Source of the DNA: Prevotella sp.
GTDB lineage: Bacteria > Bacteroidota > Bacteroidia > Bacteroidales > Bacteroidaceae
Assembly (NCBI GenBank): GCA_016281055.1
Contig: JAEEHW010000085.1
Span: forward strand, 15,203-79,202
Direction of reading: 5' to 3'
Length of the DNA: 64,000 nucleotides
Of the stretch, positions 16,235 to 25,200 are shown one piece after another. Each line of letters starts with the position of its first letter. The stretch's first letter is position 1. The position numbers and the translations under genes are program-made. The notes beneath the pieces are model-generated. The model saw only the letters and a program-made list of their open reading frames with translations, ran no database searches and was not told the DNA's origin.

Positions 16235-19200
16235 ATGAAGAAGAACCTTTACTTTACCAATTTTAAGACGGCTGTTGCAGCCTGTAAGGAGAGAGGGCAT
16301 GATGGTTTGAATGGTTTTCCGGGGAGTTCCGCGGAAACGATTCGTCGTTTGTGGACATCCGTGGTCCTCATGATCCTTATGATGGTTGTGAGTGGCAGTG
16401 CGTTCGCAGGAGTTCATTTTTCGCAGAATTATGAAGCTGCAGGTGCTGTTCCTGATTGGACTACTAGTGTTAGTGGTCGTTTCACTCCTATCATAGTTGA
16501 GGAAGATGGTAATCATTATCTCACTGTGGATCAAGATCAGCGTGTCAATAATGGATGCATATTGTCATCTAGTAGTCTGATAGGAAAGGTTCCTGCAGAT
16601 GTAAACGAACTCACTATGACGTTCGATTTGCGTTTGGCACCATCAAATGATCAGACACCTAATGAGTTTACGATTGCTGATGGTGGCACAGGTTTCGTCC
16701 TTAAATTGGTAAACAAAGGGGTGAATTCTACCATATGGCAAATCAATGATAGTACTACACAGACTGTCACTATGGATGTAGATAAATGGTACTCTTACAA
16801 TATTGAAATATTGGAAGGGTGCGTTTTCGTTACTGTGACAGATAAATCCTCTGGTAATGTTGTCTTGGCTCGTCAAAAGGTTAAAAACATAATTGAAAAA
16901 TTTGGCCTTGGTAATATGTCATTTGTCACTAAGCGTAACAATGCTAATATTGCTATAGACAATGTGAAGGTTAGCAGTAAAGCAGTTGTGAAACAGTGGG
17001 ATTTTACTAAGTTTTCTGAAAAAAATCTTACTTTAGATACCGATAATAAAATACAATCAGGAAATGTAGCCCGTTGGAATGGAACTAATTTTAATAGGGA
17101 TTTATATCTATGTACGGATACAGAAGCGGAGGGATTGTATTTAGATGGAGATGGACCTTGGCAAATTTTATCAAATTCGACAGGATTATATCTTTCTAAA
17201 AAAGGAGATAGACCTTTTGCTATTACCGGTCTGTCAAAAGATGATGTAATCTTGATAAAGCTATATGACCAAGCGATAACAAGTGGTGTTATTCCTAAAA
17301 TTTGGGGTGTAAATAATTCTGAATTATTATTATTAAACTCTGGGTCTATATATGCATTAATAGTGGCATCTGACGGCAATGTAGCAGTCAATCTTGAAAA
17401 ATATTCCGCAGTAAAATCAATCTCTGTCCTCCGTGAGGATAAGCCTGTATTCGTTGATTTCTCCAATGGAGAAAACACAGGGGTGGCTGGCACACTTCCT
17501 GAGGGGATGGAAGTGCAAAAGGGTTTGTCATTCCTTGTACCGGTAAATACATCTATGTATAAGAGTGGTTATACACTTGCAGGATGGGATAATGGAACAG
17601 ATACCATAGCTTGTGGAGGAGAGTCTTCTGCATTGGTTGCAACAACCTATGTTTCTGTGTTTAAACAAAACGAGGTAGTTCGTACAGATTCCAAAAATCC
17701 TGTCAGCGCAAGTTTCACTGATGTTAAGTGGACAGAACCTGGTACGCAGGATTATTATGTAACACAAACAGCATTCAACGGAGAAACGCAGGATGTCGGT
17801 GCAATGGTGGATGGTAAGACTATTACACTGTTAGACATAATTCCAGGTACCAAGATTACGTTCCCAGCTGGAACGGTGGGTGATTATTCTGCCACAGATG
17901 TTACAGTAGCGGAAAATACCTGGACCTACAATGGTTCTGCCACTTCGCTTGAAATTACATATAGTGGTTCGGCGGCATCAACATCTTTAATAGTCACTTT
18001 CCCGCTTACGCAAAAGCCGGTTATCAGAACGGATATTCGTGATGTGTATGCAGCAAACCTGAATGCGGAATTACCAATCACTGTTGGTGCTATTCAGGCA
18101 GAAACCTATCAGTGGTATACTAATAGTGTATGCAGTACTGAGGGTGGAACGATTATTTCCGGAGCAAACTCCAGTACATATAATGCACCGACTACTACAA
18201 AGGGTAATGCATATTATTATTGTATGGTAGGTAATTCGGCTGGTAATGTAATTTCAAATGTTGCCCGTGTTCGTGTCGATGATTATGTGTCGTTTGACTT
18301 TACAGCGATGTCTGAAGATGATATGAACTACACCACAGATAGTATCAAGGGTTACTCTGGTGTAGTACAGACGATGAAAGATAGTATTGAGTGGGATTGT
18401 ATGCCTATCATTTCGCCATATCACATGACAGGTTATTTTGGCGTCATGACCACTGAAGTCAGCCTTCAGACGGGTAAAGGTTTCAGTAATAACAATGTTC
18501 GTGGTGACCGCACGTTGATAATGTATGGTCTCAAACAGGGTGATGTTGTTGTAATCAAGGGTAAGAGCCTGACTGGCGGACAGATTGTACAGAATGAGAA
18601 GAATGCAGACTATGGTCGTGCCAGTGTTGATAGTTTGGTAAACGCCAATGGTACGGATGTGGAGATACTCGTTACCATGAAAACAGATGGTGACTTGGCA
18701 TACCTGCTGAGACGTCAGAATATCCAGGAGATACATTCTGTGATGATGCCGAACAAGTATCGTCCTACGGTGACGACTGACCTTGATGGCGAAACACATA
18801 CCCTTGCACGTGGTGAAACACAGACTTTGACGGTAGCAGCCACTGCTGGCGACAGCAATGCGCTGACCTATCAGTGGTATCGTAGTGATGCCAATACAAT
18901 TAAGGGTGGATTGGATGTCAACTCGTTTGGCAGTCAGGCTATTGAAGGAGCGACTTCTGCTTCATATACTACAGAAGCAAACCAGTCGTACTACTATTTC
19001 TGTGTAGTATATAACAGTGTGACAGGTGCTGCAGCAGTGACACCGCACAACACTCGTATACAATGCAAGCCACAGGTTACATACGAATGTACTGACCCAG
19101 ACGTAACAGGCGTCTTGCCTCCAACAGAAATTGTTGAGATTGGTGGCCAGCATACTGTGGAACAACATAACCAGTTGTTGCATAAGGAAGGTTACACTCT

Positions 19201-22200
19201 TACAGAGTGGACTGCAGAGAAATTGACAGATGACAGTGTTTGGACATATAATTTTGGTGAGTCATATTATATCGTCAACGACACGAAGATAACACCTGTA
19301 TTCACAAAGAATGAACAGACTCTTAAAAATATAATCAAGAATGTCGAACAACAATGGCAGTTTGGCACCACAAATGGTGCTCCTGCTGTTGCATGGACGG
19401 ATAGTGAGGAGCATCCTTTCGTTGAGCAATGCGTTGTTTCTGGTGAAACTCAGGATGGTGCTATATTTGTGACTTCTACAGGTTTTGATAATTCTACTGC
19501 TGCAGGTGAATATGTTGCAGTGGCAGCAGGAACCACGATTAAAATTCCGGTTAAGTATGGTACTACTGTGACGCTCTATGCAAAGGAGGGCGAGACACCT
19601 TCTGCAACATTCATGGCCAGAGACCTTAACAGAGCGGTTGCTTTGACAGGTGATGCCAACGTTTTGACATATCAATACTATGGTGGCGACAGTATAGCTA
19701 CGCTGACACTTTCTGCTGGTAATTATGAGAAACTGCATTTGAAGCATATACCGTCAGGTATGCCTGTAATTCAGGCTAATTTGCTTGATGACTATTATGC
19801 AGAAACTGGCAAGGAGTATACCCTTACAGTGGATGCTTCTGATTTGTGTCGTTATCAGTGGTATAAGAATACAACGAAGTCAAACACTGGCGGTACTCCT
19901 ATTACTGGAGCTACAACAAAGTCGTTGACAGTCAGCAGGAATACCGATGGCTCGGAGTATTATTATATGACAGTGACCAATGACCATGGTACGGTTGCTA
20001 CGAACTGTGCTCAGGTGAACTTCCAAACTTATGTTACCTATGATTTCACCGCATGGGATTGGACCGATGTAGAGACTTCTTATTTTGCAAAAGAAGATTA
20101 TACGATGATTCGTCTGCCAGGTGGTGCTATAATTCAGGCATTTAACTATCCATACGGTCTTCGTGGTATGATAGGTTGTTATGCTGCTACTTTGGTACCG
20201 AACGAAGGTAAAGGTGGTCTCTATAATGGTGGCGGTGGTGGCCGTGAGCTTGCCATTCCACACATGAAGAAAGGTCAGCATCTTACGATAACAGGTGATG
20301 TTGACTGCTTCAAGGAGTGTGCCTTCCTTTATAAGGGTTTGCATAACAAGAATAATCATATGGCAGAGGAAGCTGGTGATACAATTCCTGGTGCTGCAAC
20401 CTATACTTATGAGAAGAAAGACGATAATACTCGTGTAGAAATAGATGTATTGACAGATGGTGCAGTAGTATTCTATTTCAACCCACGTTATCATACCATA
20501 TACACAATTAGACGTCCGAGTATCAACACTCCTGTCATTAAGAAAAATCTTGACAAGGAATATGTAGTTGAGAAGAACGAGGAGGTGACACTTACTGTTC
20601 AGGCAGAGCTTTCTGCTCCAATTGTAGGTGATAGTCTGACGTATCAGTGGTTTGAAAATACGACGAACAGCAATAAGGGCGGTACAAAGATAGAAGGCGC
20701 TACGGATCCTTCTTACACTATTGCTAAAGTAAATGCTAATAAATTCTATTATTGTCTCATATCTAATTCTGCAACGGATGCTACAGTTGCTACCATACCA
20801 GCAGCTGTGGGATTCTATGTGACAGTAAAATATGTAAATAATGATGTAGTAGCAACGGGTGAATGTCCAAAGGATCAAAGAGTACAAGGTGGTCTCTCTA
20901 TTGTAATGCCTGTCAACCAGACATTGTACAAGGAAGGTTACACTCTTACTGGATGGACAGATGGTACAACGGCTACTAATATTGGAGAAGAATACACTCC
21001 AGCAAATGATGTGACACTGTATCCTGTATTTGTAGAAAACAATGCAGATGCAGCCTTGACTGCACGTCCTGAGGCTATGACAACGCGTTGGGTGTTCAGT
21101 ACTGTCAACGGTTCTGCTGAATATAATAATAATGTATCAGCAAATGTCAATCAGGAGACTATTAACAACTATACCATTGACCTTGGTGTTACAATGACAA
21201 AGGGTGACAACCAGCAGCATGCAGAGTACAATGCAAGTGGTTGGATGGCAGCAAATGGTGCCGACTTCACCATTCCTGTTGTCAGGAATACTAAGATATA
21301 TGTAGATGTATATAGTACTGCCACGGGAATCACCATTAATGGTAATGCACTGGCATACAGTGCGGCTAACGGCCAGACTGGTAATGTGGAGTATGTATAT
21401 ACCTACACTGGTGCTGCCGGCACTATAACGCTCAATGTGGGTAACAACTACATTAAGCAGATAATTGCAGAGTATCCTGCACCAGAGATACTCAAGGCAG
21501 ACCATGCAGAGTATGACGTAACTATTACTTCTGACAAGGTAAGCCGCAAGTCTGCCGTCATCACTCTGACGGGTCGCAACCTCGTGGCAGGCCAGGAGGT
21601 TAGTGTAGAAAAAGTAAGCAACGGTTCCGACATTACTGTCAGTCCAGAAACATTCACTGTGGCTTCTGACGGTACTGTGAACCAGCAGATTCTTGTGACA
21701 TACAGCCAGACAACTGTTCAGGCTGACGGCGTCGCAACATTGAGGTTCTTCTACAGCAATGACGTTAAGCCGGAAGTTAAGGTGAACTATGGACGTACTG
21801 TAGCATTTGCAGGTAACACAACAGTTACTGCGGTTACAGACAAGACCGTATGGGATTGGAGTCTTGCTGACAACGACATCGTTCCAGTGCAGGATTCTTA
21901 TATGTCCTTCAGCGACGTTACGCTTGGAGAGAACGTAGAATGGCCGGCTGGCGTAAATGCTGCGAACCTCGCAGGTTCTGGACGTTACTTCTCGCATAAC
22001 ACTGTGAAGAGTTTCGAAGGTACAGAATTGTATTTCGAAACCACTCGCAAGGGTACTGTAGAGGTAGAATTCTCAGCTGCTGGTAATGGTAATGTATCAC
22101 TTGCCGTCAACGGAGAGAACACTACATACAGCAGCAGTGGAACTACTAAGGTGGTAACCGGTAAGATACAGGTACCTGCTGGTGGCGTGTTGTTGCAGGG

Positions 22201-25200
22201 ACGTGAGCAGGGCATCAACTCTGGTGAGAAGATGATGCGTGTATATAAGATTACATTCATACCTGATGCAGAAACCCCGATAATAACGCTTGACAAGTCA
22301 ACATCATCGTTCACACTCTCTACTACAGATATGAGTCTTCCTGACGATGACCCAGACAAGGAAACTATATACTACACTACGGATGGTACAAAACCAACGA
22401 GAGAAAGTTATGTATATAATGGCACACCTGTGTCTTTGGCAACTAATGTGACTATTCACGCTATTGCCATGGCAAAAGCCAAGAACAACTCTGATATGGC
22501 AGAACTCGTGACTGACATGACGACCTACAAGCTCAATGTGAACTTGTATCCGAGTGATGAGGAAGGACGTATAGAGATTTCTCCAGTATCAGAGGACGGC
22601 ACATACACCGAGAATGCCACAGTAACCGTGCGCGGCTATGCCAAGAGTGGATATGGTCTGCTTGGTTGGACAACGTCACGTGCGAATATCGGTACGCAGA
22701 CATATTGCGGCACCGGTTCCTCAATGGAAGTGACAATCAACAGTACGGCAAATGACTATTGGGCTGTATTCTCTACTGGTCCGCAGGGAACTGTAAACTA
22801 TGATTTCACTGGTGCTGTATTCTATACAGTATCAGGTGAGAACATGATAGACTATCAGGCAAGACTTGATTACGAGGATGATCCAAGTAAAACATTGGAA
22901 GAGTATAGAGCAGAATGGGCTGAGACCCTTGCTGATGCATATGAGCAAATAGAGGGTTATGACACATTTAAGTCACCTATAACCTCTACATCAATCTCTG
23001 TTCCTTCAAACTATCCATTGCATACAATGGATGGTCTTGATGGTGGTACGTTCACATTGCAGTATTGGCAGGATGCAGAGGAGAACAGGTATGACCTTGG
23101 TACGAATACGCTCTTCAAGCCAAACCAGACATCTGTTACGCTTTATCCTGTATTCAAACAGAATGAGGATACGAACTTCATGGAAGCTCGTAACTCTGGC
23201 TTCAATGTGACATGGGATTTCCGTAAGGCATACGGTGCACATCCAATGACATTGCCTTCAGGAGTGAGTGGAAGATACTACTCTACCCACGCAACGATGG
23301 ATTATTACGCTCGTGGTTCATTGCAGAAGGACAAGACAGTGGACTTGGCAATAAAGATCAATACAGAAGGTGTGGAGCAAACAGATGATGCATTCACCAA
23401 CGAGGATCTTGACGAGTGGGCAACACTCAAGCAGGGAACCAAGGTAACCATACCGTCAAGCTATGGTGCTAAGATTATCGTGGCTACATACGCCAAGATG
23501 AATGCTGATGACGGTGGTACTATGATTAACGGTAAGCACCCTGACAATATCCATGACGAGAATGTGCCTAAGACTTCTGACGGTGCATACCTCTATACAT
23601 GGACGATGGGATCCGATGATCAGGAGGTTGACCTCGTGATTGGCAATGACTATTCGTACTATAAGTATATCAATGCTGTGTTCAAGGATGCTGAGAAGGT
23701 ATATCTCAAGTATTATACAAATAATGATGAGGATGGTACAGTTACAGCTAAACTTGATGAGAACGAAGACTATGTTGCTGAGTTGACGAATTTGGGTTAC
23801 GCTTATCCAAAGGGTAGTAATGTGACACTTACTGCAACTCGAAACATTTACCATAGGTTGCTCTACTGGCTTGATGACAAGGGAGCCAAGATTTATCCTG
23901 ATGGTACGTATGAGTTGGCAAATGGCAATACAGGTACTATTAGTTCCGGAAAGGTTATCAATGGCATAACTTATAAGGGAGTCACAAATGAGACTGACAT
24001 GAAATATACTGTTAGTTTCGAGATGAATAAATTCTACGAGTTACAGGCTGTGTTTGGTGACATGACCACATACTATGTTAACTTTAGTGTTGGCGACGGT
24101 GATGGATTGGCATTGCCTCTGCAGCACATAGAGCATGGTCGTCAGTTGATTATGCCTGCATGCAACTACAACCTCTATCGTGATGGCTATACATTGAAGT
24201 ATTATGTAGAGTCTGGTCATGAGGATGGTCAGCATTATGAGTTCGGACGTTCATACAATATAGATCGTGATATGCGACTCAAGCCTGTGTTTGAGAAGAA
24301 TACAAAGTCTATTGATGATATTTCCGACGTGAATGGTGTGACTGCAACATGGGACATGAGTAAGATGGACTTTGACTTTAGCAATGCACGTGGTCACATC
24401 GTTGCTCAGTTGCCGATAGATGAAAACAACACCATCGACATGAGATGTTATGTTGAAGCTAAGAATGCAAGTTATTTTGCATACACCAATGAGGGTATTG
24501 GAGAGTTCTCTCAGGGTGCATTCCTTAAGGTGACAACAACTAAGAATAGTACAGTATCTGTTGTTGCTGCTACTGGTATGCCTTTCGAAGCCAAGCAAAT
24601 TAAAATTGGTGGTAATGAGACTGCTGCAGGTGCGACGGTAAGCTATGGTGACAATGAGAATGAAGTAAATGTGACAAGAGATTCTACCAAGATTGAGTTT
24701 GCGAAGGATTCAAGAATCAGTAGTTTCAGTGTTACATTCAGAAAAGTATCGAGTGACCTTGCATTAAAGTCTGTTACTATTGGTGGCGTTGCTCTCTCTG
24801 CCGAGGAACTGCTGGCATTGAAGAATACTCTGAACCATTCATACAGTTGTGAAGCAAGCACGGTTTATGCTGCTGATGGTGTGATGCCAGAAGTAACGGC
24901 TACAGCTAATGAAGAAGGTGGTGAGACAGCTGTGACGCAGGCAACTGTTGAAAATAATACAGCTGTTGTGCTTCTCAAGAAGGGTGGAGTGACAATCCAG
25001 ACCTATAACATTAACTTCACGCTGACAGGCAAGACCGCTCCAGTGGTTGACACCTTGAAGGTGAACGGCATTGTAGCAGAAAATGGTTCTGTAAGTACAG
25101 CACAGGGTGTCAATGGCGTGATTACATTGGTATTTGACCACGCTATGAAGACAAAAGACGTAGAGTCAGGTGCAGACGCTTTGAACCAAACACTTGACTG

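Noticed and set aside
16235-16345. Alternative downstream start codons for paralogs 1 and 2 (at the Met residues inside or next to the hydrophobic signal segment)
   Set aside because: They are possible, but the annotated ATGs sit at sensible distances from the promoter boxes and the extensions are basic, as n-regions are. The sequence alone cannot decide, so I kept the longest ORFs.
19880-20887. 335-aa minus-strand ORF inside giant paralog 1 (similar cases: 21137..21997, 40259..41080, 45883..46503, 49603..50583, 53056..53679)
   Set aside because: All of them lie antisense within the giant + strand ORFs. They have Cys/Ile/Thr/His-rich junk composition with no signal peptides or motifs, and are typical shadow ORFs.
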